Shown here: positions 1 to 7,579 of the stretch, piece after piece
Layout of the letters: each line of letters starts with the position of its first letter
Position numbering within the stretch: the stretch's first letter is position 1
From: a bacterium
GTDB lineage: Bacteria > Zhuqueibacterota > Zhuqueibacteria > Oceanimicrobiales > Oceanimicrobiaceae
Length of the DNA stretch: 18,004 nt
Assembly: GCA_037446635.1 (NCBI GenBank)
Contig: JBBIIG010000079.1
Location: 1 to 18,004 of the forward strand
Reading direction: 5' to 3'
Program-made: the position numbers and the translations under genes
Notes under the pieces: model-generated
Told to the model about the DNA's origin: nothing
The model's input: the letters and a program-made list of their open reading frames with translations, nothing else
The model's database searches: none

Positions 1-27
1 AGCGGGAGTCTATAATGGATGCCCGCT
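1..27. repeat. Imperfect hairpin, REP-like or terminator-like, downstream of the PDZ gene
   Basis: AGCGGGAGTCTA-TAA-TGGATGCCCGCT folds with one mismatch and G-T pairs. It resembles GCGGGAATCCA..TGGATTCCCGC-type REP cores and may be cut by the window edge. Confidence 0.4.
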
Positions 28-47
28 AGATGGAGACGACGATCCCG

Positions 48-854
48 TCAAATGGATTTTCCGGGATATTTGAAAAATTCTTTTTTAATGACCGGCGGCC
101 GCGGGATGGCCGGTACCCGTGGGCTTTCCAAATACAATATGCCGCCGCGCTCTAACTCCACTTCCACTTTTTCGGTTGCGCCTTTGCGCACAAATTCCAC
201 CTCCACCGCATCGCCTGCCTCGTAGTCATCCAGCTCCTCAAACAGATCTTCGATGTTAGAAATTTTTTTGTCGGCGATCCTGGTGATGACGTCGCCGGCT
301 TTCAGGCCGGCGTCTTCCGCCGCGCTGCCTTCCACCACCTCGGAAATCAGCACCCCACCCTTCTTTTCCACTTTGAAATAGGGAGCGAGGTCTTCGTTCA
401 AATCATGAACGTAAACGCCGAGCCGCGGGCGCTCGAGCCGGAATGCAAAATGTTGTCCGCCCCAGTGCGCCGGCGCAAACCGGGTTGGGCGCCTGGCGAT
501 TTCAACGCTCACTTGTTTTTCCTGGCCGTTGCGGAAAACCAAAACGGCAACGGATTTTCCCGGCGCGCTTTCCCGCACCAATTTCGAAAATTCCTTCACC
601 GCTTCCACGGCCACGCCGTCGTATTTGAGGATGACGTCGTCTTCGCGCAAACCGGCGTCGTCGGCCGGGCTGTCGCGAACGACGTCAACTATTAGCAGGC
701 CGCTGCGCTCCCCCAGCTCGAAATCTTCGCGCATCGAAGGGGTCATTTCGCGCACGCTCACACCCAGCCAGCCCTTTTCCGCCGCCGTCGCTAGATCGAA
801 ATAACCAACGATCACAGTAAACGCCAGTGAAAAAAGGATCACTCTCTGTTTCAT
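48..854 (-). CDS. Exported tandem PDZ-domain protein (HtrA/DegP-like PDZ1-PDZ2, no protease domain)
   Basis: Signal peptide ending ATA-A. Two PDZ repeats: GWLGVSV..GLLIVDVVRDSPADDAGLREDDVI and PRLGVYV..GVLISEVVEGSAAEDAGLKAGDVI. GGAGG RBS upstream. No trypsin-like catalytic region. Confidence 0.9.
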   Translation of the reverse strand: MKQRVILFSLAFTVIVGYFDLATAAEKGWLGVSVREMTPSMREDFELGERSGLLIVDVVRDSPADDAGLREDDVILKYDGVAVEAVKEFSKLVRESAPGKSVAVLVFRNGQEKQVSVEIARRPTRFAPAHWGGQHFAFRLERPRLGVYVHDLNEDLAPYFKVEKKGGVLISEVVEGSAAEDAGLKAGDVITRIADKKISNIEDLFEELDDYEAGDAVEVEFVRKGATEKVEVELERGGILYLESPRVPAIPRPPVIKKEFFKYPGKSI

Positions 855-901
855 GTTTTACCTCCGTATTTATTTAAGAACCAATTCGTTTCGACGCCGA
901 G

Positions 902-965
902 CGTGGGAGCGAGAATCGCTCTACGTGGTTGTAACCCGTAGGGGCGTATCGTGATACGCCCCTAC
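902..965. repeat. Two GTAG-type REP-like palindromes
   Basis: 938-965 GTAGGGGCGTATC-GT-GATACGCCCCTAC is a perfect 13-bp inverted repeat. 903-924 reads GTAGAGCGA-TTC-TCGCTCCCAC on the minus strand. Both are intergenic. Confidence 0.75.
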
Positions 966-968
966 ATT

Positions 969-2180
969 TTAATATCGCTGCAGCTGAACTTTTTGTTTGA
1001 ATTCCGCCAATTTCAAATTGCCGCGGTTGTAGGCGTCGAGGTCCTGTTTTTTGACCATCAAAATTAGACGCCGGACGCTCTCGTCCCCGAGGCTCCAAAA
1101 ACTGTTGAATTTCACCGCGGCCACCACCTGTTCCGAGGGCGCGAGGTTGCGCAACGTGTGGCCGTAATCGCCAATTAGTTCTATCAGACTGGACTCAAAA
1201 TTTTGCAGCAGCTCGCCCGACTCTTTCGAGGATTTTTTTTCAGCTCGCGGGACTCTGACTTGTACGACCTCTTTGCCCTCGCCCCATTGGATCTGCGGGG
1301 CGTACACCGCGCCCAGGTTGGTTTCCGCGCTCAAAAAAAACAGCGCGCCCAATCCCTTCAAATACACCCCACGATTTTTGCCAACCAAATAGTAGCCCTC
1401 GCGATGCCGCCGGCTCAACGCCGTTTCTAAAATGCTGGCCATGATATCGAGGTTGGCGTTCATGCTTTGGTCGTCGCTGCGTTGGTTGATCGCGAGCCGC
1501 TTCTGAAAATCCTCAAAACTCATTTTGCCGCGGCGATGCTCGATGATGTCGCCTTTCAGCGCGCTTACTTCTAAAATAGCTATTAGTTTATCTTGAGCCA
1601 GCGTAGAAGCGCCCGGCCAAACTTGAAATTGGGACTCGCCAAAGTCAAACACCACGGTGATGCGGTCGCTGGCGTTGAGCTGACCGATGGCGTCCCCGTA
1701 GTTGGCTAAAAATTCCGCGGCCCGGGATTGGATGCGCTCAAGGCGTTTGCCAGCGTCAGCTTCGACAACTACTCCGGCTCTCGGCGCCACCACAACGGTT
1801 TCTTCTTCACCCGGCGCCGCTGGCGGCCGAGGCGTGACTTCTTTCAATTTCATCAACGAATGTTCCAATTCTTCCGCCGACAGAGTAAAAATCCGCAGAC
1901 CATCCTGTTCGACGTGGAAAACCACGCCGTAGTTTTCAAAATAAATGCCGCTGACGTGACCGGCGATCGGCCGCCAGCCGTGGGGCGCTCCCTGCAGCAG
2001 CTTCGAAAGCACACCCTCCATGATGTCGAGGTCGCGCTGCATGCGTTCCCAATTTATTTTTTGAGAAGCTTGAGGGAAGGCTGGGCCGGCAAAAATAAGT
2101 ACCACCAAAAAGATCGCGGCTAACTTTGTCCAAAAATTAAGTTCTATTTTTTTCATTCTAATCGCTCCCGTCGCTGTCAT
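969..2180 (-). CDS. Exported hypothetical protein with a two-fold internal repeat
   Basis: Long ORF with an ATGA overlap with the anti-sigma stop. Alternative start at 2156 (MKKIELN) after GGGAG. Signal peptide. The two halves are visibly homologous. Confidence 0.85.
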   Translation of the reverse strand: MTATGAIRMKKIELNFWTKLAAIFLVVLIFAGPAFPQASQKINWERMQRDLDIMEGVLSKLLQGAPHGWRPIAGHVSGIYFENYGVVFHVEQDGLRIFTLSAEELEHSLMKLKEVTPRPPAAPGEEETVVVAPRAGVVVEADAGKRLERIQSRAAEFLANYGDAIGQLNASDRITVVFDFGESQFQVWPGASTLAQDKLIAILEVSALKGDIIEHRRGKMSFEDFQKRLAINQRSDDQSMNANLDIMASILETALSRRHREGYYLVGKNRGVYLKGLGALFFLSAETNLGAVYAPQIQWGEGKEVVQVRVPRAEKKSSKESGELLQNFESSLIELIGDYGHTLRNLAPSEQVVAAVKFNSFWSLGDESVRRLILMVKKQDLDAYNRGNLKLAEFKQKVQLQRY

Positions 2181-2884
2181 TTATTTTCGATGCGATTGGT
2201 ATCAGTATTTTGAGAATAGGCCGCGTAGAGCAGTTGCTGCAACACTTCGTTGGTGCGGCGGAATTTATTTTCGTTGACCAGCTGCAACACCTCCAGGCCT
2301 TCGCCCACCCGCTGCAAATCCTGCTGCCGCCGGGCGTCGAGATCGCGGGCAAATTGCGACAACAGCGCGCGCTGCTCGAACCGCTGCTGGACGGCGGCGG
2401 CCTCGATCATGCGCTGCGTCAGCTCGTATGAGGCTTGCTTCCAGGCGTTGAACTCCCGTTGGGTCACCGGCCGCTCGAGCGGATCGATCTCGGCCGGTGC
2501 GGACGGCCGCGAGGTTTGGAATAAATTGAACTTCGCGCTGAAGCGGCCTTCGGAATAATTGGCTTCGAAATTCATGAGCGCTAAAATAACCAGGGCGCAC
2601 GCCAGTCCGCCGGCAAATCCCATTGCAAACTTTCGCCACGATTTTTCGCGCAGCCGCGCCAGCCACTCGCCCAGCGCGGTTTTTTGCGCGACGAATTGCA
2701 ACCGGAGATCCGGCTCCTCATCGGGCCACTGCCGCAGCGCACTAACGGTTTGCCGGAGCTGCTCCAGCTCGTCGCGGCAAGAAGCGCAGCCGGCCAAATG
2801 CGCTACGATTTCTGTTTTCTCGTCGGCTGCGACATCCTCATAAAAATACCCCAGCAATTTTGCTCGAGAAAAATCACATTTCAT
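2177..2884 (-). CDS. Zinc-binding anti-sigma factor (zf-HC2/ZAS, single transmembrane helix)
   Basis: HLAGCASC matches the HxxxCxxC motif. TM segment FAMGFAGGLACALVILALM. Overlaps the sigma gene stop by 11 nt. Confidence 0.9.
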   Translation of the reverse strand: MKCDFSRAKLLGYFYEDVAADEKTEIVAHLAGCASCRDELEQLRQTVSALRQWPDEEPDLRLQFVAQKTALGEWLARLREKSWRKFAMGFAGGLACALVILALMNFEANYSEGRFSAKFNLFQTSRPSAPAEIDPLERPVTQREFNAWKQASYELTQRMIEAAAVQQRFEQRALLSQFARDLDARRQQDLQRVGEGLEVLQLVNENKFRRTNEVLQQLLYAAYSQNTDTNRIENK

Positions 2885-3473
2885 ATTTCAACATCTCCTC
2901 GTAAATCTTCCATTGTTTGAAAACTTTGCGCAACGCGCTCAGCCCATAGTACATTCGCGACTTCACGGTGTTCACCGAGGTCTGCAAAATTTCAGCGATT
3001 TCGTTAAACTTCAACCCCTGGTATTCTTTCATGACGATCACCACCCGCTGCTCCGCCGGCACTTCGAGCAGCGCCCGCGCCAGCAGCTCACGCAAATCGC
3101 GCTGGTTGGCCTGCGCCTCCGGCTGCGACTGCTGCACCGCCGGGTGGATGATGTTTTTTTTCGAGCCGTTGCGGTTCTCCTGCAAATTTTCCAGCGAAAC
3201 CAAATTTTGCCGGCGGCGCGATTTGATTTCATCGCGACACATATTAACCGCGATCTGATAGAGCCAGGTGGAGAAGCGCTGCGGCGTCCGCAGGCTGTGC
3301 ACTTTCTGATAAACCCGAATGAAGGTTTTTTGACACACGTCTTTGGCGGCTTCGCGATCGCCGAGGTAACGCAGGACGAAGTTATAGAGGCTTTTTTCCC
3401 AACGCCACACCAGGGTGTTGAACGCGTTGATGTCGCCGGCCAAAAATTTCGAAATTAATTCGGGGTCGGTCAT
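2874..3473 (-). CDS. ECF RNA polymerase sigma factor (sigma-70 family, RpoE/SigW-like)
   Basis: Region 2: GDINAFNTLV..AKDVCQKTFIRVY..FSTWLYQIAVNMCRD. Region 4: VPAEQRVVIVMKEYQGLKFNEIAEILQTSVNTVKSRMYYG. Confidence 0.95.
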   Translation of the reverse strand: MTDPELISKFLAGDINAFNTLVWRWEKSLYNFVLRYLGDREAAKDVCQKTFIRVYQKVHSLRTPQRFSTWLYQIAVNMCRDEIKSRRRQNLVSLENLQENRNGSKKNIIHPAVQQSQPEAQANQRDLRELLARALLEVPAEQRVVIVMKEYQGLKFNEIAEILQTSVNTVKSRMYYGLSALRKVFKQWKIYEEMLKYEM

Positions 3474-3517
3474 TCAGTGTTCGCTTTAAGATCGTCGTTT
3501 GCACTGTGCTCAACGTG

Positions 3518-3547
3518 TTAGACGACGGGGATCACGACAAAGTTTTA
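3518..3547 (-). promoter_or_regulatory. Putative autoregulated ECF-sigma promoter
   Basis: The minus strand reads TAAAAC-N17-CGTCTAA (AAC..CGT pattern) about 45 nt upstream of the sigma start. Confidence 0.65.
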
Positions 3548-3664
3548 TGGCTGGAAACGAATTTGAGGATTAATTCTGAGGCAGGAAAAAGTGGGCCGGA
3601 GCAGTTCAAAAGTCTCCGACTTACTTTTGGACAGCCCCGACCATTCCAGGGAGCAATGCCGATT

Positions 3665-4066
3665 TTACATCATGGTCTTCGGCAAGTCTTTTGCCACCCA
3701 CTTATCGCCCTCCTTGACCTCCAATTTCTCCGGAACAAAAACATCGGCGTATTTGCCGTGCGCGCCCGTAAACCGTACTTCTTTGCCGATGTAACTGGCG
3801 TAGCCCGGCGCCGGCGCGGCTAAGAAGTGTACTTTTTTATTTGCGTCCACCAGCGCAATTGGCAGACCGCCGGCGGCGCACATGGAACCGCAATTTTTCA
3901 TATCACCGTGATCATTGGTGAGAAATCCGCCTTTGGCGTAACAGGCCAGGTCCACCAATGTTCCCGTTATGGTTTCGGCTTTCGATTCTTTTTTCTCCTG
4001 CGCAACGAGCAAAAGAGTGAAAACCAGAATCAAAAGGACGGGCAGAATGAGAATACCTCTTTTCAT
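3665..4066 (-). CDS. Small exported hypothetical protein with clustered Cys/His residues
   Basis: GGAGG RBS, signal peptide, motif ITGTLVDLACY..H....CGSMCAAGGLP. Confidence 0.85.
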   Translation of the reverse strand: MKRGILILPVLLILVFTLLLVAQEKKESKAETITGTLVDLACYAKGGFLTNDHGDMKNCGSMCAAGGLPIALVDANKKVHFLAAPAPGYASYIGKEVRFTGAHGKYADVFVPEKLEVKEGDKWVAKDLPKTMM

Positions 4067-4201
4067 AACGTACCTCCGTGTTATATTTTGTGATGAGTAA
4101 AATTACTGCTAAATACAACAGAGAGGTTTTGGTGTTTGTTCCGGAATTCCTGGCGGCACATTTCAAAAACGAAAATGGCGGAAGTCAGGTGACGTGCGCT
4201 T

Positions 4202-6205
4202 TCACCGCAGCAAAAGCATTTTGCGCTGCTGGATGAAGGCGCCGGCGCGCATCTCGCAAATGTACACGCCGCTGGCCGCCGGCTCGCCGCGGCCGTCCCG
4301 CGCGTCCCAACTGGCGCGATGAACGCCGGCCGGAAAACCCTGCTGCAGCAAAGTGCGAATTTCCTGGCCGCGCAAATTATAAACGCGCAGGATCACTTTC
4401 TCGGGCGCCGGCAGACTAAACGGGATCACCGTCTCGCCATTAAAGGGATTGGGGAAATTGGGGTGCAGCGCAAATTGCGCTGGCAGCGGCGGCTGCTCCG
4501 TGGTGTCGGAAATAATTTCGTCGATGGTTTTTAAAATCCAGCCGTCTTGATCCAAAAAAATGTTGGTGGGCGGCGCCGAGAGTGGGATCTCAAACGTTTG
4601 CTGGAAGGCGTCGTTAAAGACGGTCACCAGCGTATCGCCGGCGGTGGTTTCGATGGTGAGATCGACGGGCATGGGAAAAAGGACCGATTGCTTTTGCTCG
4701 ATGGTCACGTGCAAAATCGGTCCGCTATCGCCGCTGCGGGCGCGCCAGATTGCCCGATAAATCGGCCGCCCTTTTTGATACATCCACGGTTGGAAAAACC
4801 AATCGAGGTCGCGCCCGGCCACCGCCTCGCAAACGCTTTGAAAACCGGCGGTGGTGGCGTTGCCGTAAGCAAAGCGCGGGTCGTGGGAATAGGCCAGCAG
4901 GATATCGAAGAAGGTTTCGTCGCCCACCACGTGGCGCAGCATGTGCAGGAACCACGCGCCTTTGTGATAAACCGTCCAATCGAAAATCCGCCAAACCGAG
5001 GTGGTGTCGTCCACAAAAATTGGGTAGGGATGATTCCAGTCCATCGCGGCCATGTAGTCGTGATAAACATTGGTTCCGCGGGTGTGTTCAAAATAGAGCG
5101 CTTCGGCGTAGGAGGCGAAGCCTTCGTTGAGCCAGATATCGCCCCAGGTGGCGTTGGTGATTTTGTCCCCCCACCATTGGTGCGCCAACTCGTGAACCGT
5201 CAACGACAGCCCGAAGGAACCCTGGCTGGTCATGGTTTGGTGCTCCATGCCGCCGCCCCACGGGAACTGCGCGATGCCGTACTTTTCGGAGAGAAACGGA
5301 TACGGCCCAAAAATCTCGTGAAAATAGCTTAGCATTTCTATTGTTTCGGTCAGCGTGCCCTGGGCGCTGGCGAGGAATTCCGGGTAAATGTAATAGCGCA
5401 CTTCCATGGAATCGTCCGGCGCGTAGTGAAACCACTCGGAGTAAGTGGCATAGTTGGTGATCGCCAGCGACACCAGGTAGGTGGTGATGGGATATCTTTC
5501 ATGCCAATGAAAGGTGCGGGTGTTGAGTTCGTCATCACTCACCACGCTGCGCAGTACGCCGTTGGAAGCTACGATCAGATTTTCAGGGACGGTGACGATG
5601 ACGTCCACGGAATCGGCTTTGTCGTTGGGGACGTCTTTGCACGGCCACCAACTGCGGGCAAAGTAGGGCTCGCTGAGCGTCCAAATGATGGGCTGCTCGC
5701 CATGCCGGCTGAAACCAAACGCGCCAAAGCCGGCGGTTTGCGGCTGCCCGCGGTAATTCACGCGCACGGTGAAGGCCTCGCCGCTTTGGCGCGGCTGCGA
5801 CAATTGCAGAATCAGTTTGTCGCCGCTGCGGCTGAAATTCGCGGCCGCGCCGCCCACGCCATTGACAATCATATTCGAAGTCAAATCCAATTCCACCGAC
5901 TGAAAGCCGTTGACTTTGGCTTGGGCGGACATTTCCACCGAGCCGAAAATCTGCTCGGCAGCGGGATCGATATTGAGCTGAAGCCGGTAGTAGGTGACGT
6001 CGTACTCATCCTGCGCCGCCGAAACCGCCTGCGCCGACTTCCGCAGCCAGCGCTGTTGCAGCGCTTTCCCCTTCAGCTCGATTTCCTGTTGGTGGGCGGC
6101 GCGAATTTCCTCAACGGAAATGGGTTGACGTTGGGCGAAGGCGTCCTCGCCATTCAAACACACAACGAGACTCATTCCCACTAAAAGAGATCCTGTTTTC
6201 AGCAA
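4202..6205 (-). CDS. Secreted M1 family zinc aminopeptidase with C-terminal FlgD-Ig/T9SS type-A-like sorting domain
   Basis: GGMEH, HELAH (HEXXH) and NEGFA motifs. C-terminus PNFPNPFN..VYNLRGQEIRTL..WDARD..ASGVY..KMLLLR. Start re-assigned to TTG at 6205 (GGAG 8 nt upstream, signal peptide ending AFA-Q) because the track start at 6322 lies inside the tRNA. Confidence 0.9.
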   Translation of the reverse strand: MLKTGSLLVGMSLVVCLNGEDAFAQRQPISVEEIRAAHQQEIELKGKALQQRWLRKSAQAVSAAQDEYDVTYYRLQLNIDPAAEQIFGSVEMSAQAKVNGFQSVELDLTSNMIVNGVGGAAANFSRSGDKLILQLSQPRQSGEAFTVRVNYRGQPQTAGFGAFGFSRHGEQPIIWTLSEPYFARSWWPCKDVPNDKADSVDVIVTVPENLIVASNGVLRSVVSDDELNTRTFHWHERYPITTYLVSLAITNYATYSEWFHYAPDDSMEVRYYIYPEFLASAQGTLTETIEMLSYFHEIFGPYPFLSEKYGIAQFPWGGGMEHQTMTSQGSFGLSLTVHELAHQWWGDKITNATWGDIWLNEGFASYAEALYFEHTRGTNVYHDYMAAMDWNHPYPIFVDDTTSVWRIFDWTVYHKGAWFLHMLRHVVGDETFFDILLAYSHDPRFAYGNATTAGFQSVCEAVAGRDLDWFFQPWMYQKGRPIYRAIWRARSGDSGPILHVTIEQKQSVLFPMPVDLTIETTAGDTLVTVFNDAFQQTFEIPLSAPPTNIFLDQDGWILKTIDEIISDTTEQPPLPAQFALHPNFPNPFNGETVIPFSLPAPEKVILRVYNLRGQEIRTLLQQGFPAGVHRASWDARDGRGEPAASGVYICEMRAGAFIQQRKMLLLR

Positions 6206-6243
6206 TTGGCAAACTCCAAAGTGGTTTTTAGTTTTCGCAAAAT

Positions 6244-6341
6244 TGGCGGGAACGTGTGGGAATCGAACCCACCCACCCCGAATTGTCGGGGCGCAAACGG
6301 TTTTGAAGACCGCGGAGGCCACCAGGCGCTCAGGCGTTCCC
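6244..6341 (-). tRNA. selC: tRNA-Sec (anticodon UCA)
   Basis: 98 nt, GGGAACG..CGTTCCC-G-CCA. Anticodon arm GCGGT-CTTCAAA-ACCGT with TCA at 6306-6304. Long variable arm CGCCCCGA-CAAT-TCGGGGTG. T-arm GTGGG-TTCGATT-CCCAC. G discriminator and encoded CCA. Confidence 0.96.
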
Positions 6342-6397
6342 GTTGATTTAATTTAAAAAATTTTATCTGAAAGAATAGCAAATTATTTTCGATGATT

Positions 6398-6497
6398 TGC
6401 GGGAGATTTCTTTCTCTTGATTATTCACTCTCTTCTTCGTAGAATGACAGCAGTAAGGAATAATTCAAAATGGCCGGCTTGCAATTACTGGCGCGAT
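6398..6497 (+). repeat. Imperfect direct repeat, copy 1 (duplicate of the promoter, RBS and start of the 7651 gene)
   Basis: TGCGGGAGATTTCTTTCTCTTGATTATTCACTCTCTTCTTCGTAGAAT..TAAGGA..ATGGCCGGCTT..ACTGGCGC aligns with 7580-7681. Confidence 0.92.
6417..6445 (+). promoter_or_regulatory. Putative sigma-70 promoter in repeat copy 1
   Basis: TTGATT-N17-TAGAAT. Confidence 0.6.
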
Positions 6498-6523
6498 GTT
6501 ATATTTGTGAGTGGGAGAAAACA

Positions 6524-6552
6524 AGAAAGCCGAACATTGAGTTCGGCTTTCT
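6524..6552. terminator. Intrinsic terminator, probably for hicBA on the minus strand, possibly bidirectional
   Basis: Perfect 12-bp stem AGAAAGCCGAAC-ATTGA-GTTCGGCTTTCT, followed by TGTTTT on the minus strand, about 35 nt after the hicA stop. Confidence 0.8.
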
Positions 6553-6585
6553 CGAAAATATAAAAACGTATTTTGAAAGCTCAGA

Positions 6586-6818
6586 CTACTGACATTCTCT
6601 CAGATATTTAAAGTAAGTTTCACGAGACATGTTAGCAGTTCGCATGTTGCTTTTGATTATGTCCAAACAGACTTCATCGTAGGTCGGTATCACAACAGGC
6701 CGTTTGATTCCAGCTTTTTCGTCAGCCGATGATCGCCCTTTTGCCTATCAAAGACAAACCCGTCTTTTAAGAAAATACATTCTAAAATACGCCAGTGAAT
6801 GACGGTCAGGCGTGGCAT
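6586..6818 (-). pseudogene. hicA: HicA-family toxin, frameshifted by a 1-nt deletion near 6721-6726
   Basis: MPRLTVIHWRILECIFLKDGFVFDRQKGDHR, then a frame change, then EKAGIKRPVVIPTYDEVCLDIIKSNMRTANMSRETYFKYLRECQ*. The span is 233 nt, one short of 78 codons. Shows the HicA GF..RQKGxH..VVIP pattern. The start overlaps the hicB stop. Confidence 0.85.
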
Positions 6819-7120
6819 GGAGCAAGTGACTTGCTGTGCTTAACGCTGAATGGAATACTTACGGCCACATATCGGGATTTAATCTCCTTTATTTGTTTTT
6901 TCTCTACCTCAAACCCGCAATCCTTTAGAACCTCATCGATCGTCCCGCGCTTAAAGCATGACAAAAAAAACAGAAACAGCGTTTCAACTAAGTTATCTTT
7001 GGCCTGCTTTTCGGTTTTCCCTTGTGCATAAACATCAAGAATCGGGCATGAGCTTACGTACCAATCGCCTTCTTTTTTTATTTCATAAGGTAATTGAAAT
7101 TCAAGATTCATCTTGGGCAT
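6806..7120 (-). CDS. hicB: HicB-family antitoxin
   Basis: IKKEGDWYVSSCPILDVYAQGKTEKQAKDNLVE fits the HicB N-terminal pattern. AGGTGA RBS. Adjacent to hicA. Confidence 0.88.
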   Translation of the reverse strand: MPKMNLEFQLPYEIKKEGDWYVSSCPILDVYAQGKTEKQAKDNLVETLFLFFLSCFKRGTIDEVLKDCGFEVEKKQIKEIKSRYVAVSIPFSVKHSKSLAPCHA

Positions 7121-7348
7121 GACTCACCTAATCTGAATTAATATTAATTCTGGCACTATTATCGGCAGTTGTTGCTAATCTGATTACTAACAAAAAGAAG
7201 TGTATGTTTCATCAGAAGTTTCTCTCACCCAAAGATAAGATACCATCCAATAACACACTTTCGGCGAAAAATCTAAGATGTAACATTCAAAGAAGGAGGG
7301 ATAAACATAGCTTGGAAATCGAACTCTCCTTTCCCCTTTCAACAAACA

Positions 7349-7376
7349 AATATAACATTTAGAATTCAATTGTCAA
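7349..7376 (-). promoter_or_regulatory. Putative sigma-70 promoter facing hicBA
   Basis: Minus strand TTGACA-N16-TATATT with a TGn extension. A tandem GCAATAACTG direct repeat lies just upstream (7380-7389, 7391-7400). Confidence 0.5.
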
Positions 7377-7413
7377 TAGGCAATAACTGTGCAATAACTG
7401 CCAACCCATTCAT

Positions 7414-7524
7414 TCACCTCTTCAACTTGCCTCGTCCGAAAGTTTGAACACACCCACAGAAAACCAATACGATTGCGATGAAGTTAAAGAGACTGAGCCG
7501 GGCGGAAAGGGACGGGCACATCAT
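7414..7524 (-). CDS. Possible 36-aa small membrane protein or lipoprotein, or a truncated gene remnant
   Basis: GGAGG 6 nt before ATG. MMCPSLSARLSLFNFIAIVLVFCGCVQTFGRGKLKR* has a hydrophobic core and a lipobox-like GC. Confidence 0.35.
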   Translation of the reverse strand: MMCPSLSARLSLFNFIAIVLVFCGCVQTFGRGKLKR

Positions 7525-7579
7525 ATCACACCTCCCAAGGATTTGTTCCTTTTTGCTATTAGGCGCAAAGGTGCGAAAA

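Noticed and set aside
6206..6322. N-terminal 39 aa of the 706-aa peptidase ORF
   Set aside because: Largely overlaps tRNA-Sec. A TTG start at 6205 has an RBS and gives a clean signal peptide.
6470..6592. 40-aa plus-strand ORF MAGLQLLARCYIC... starting in repeat copy 1
   Set aside because: It runs through the terminator hairpin and is best explained as a duplicated start fused to non-coding DNA.
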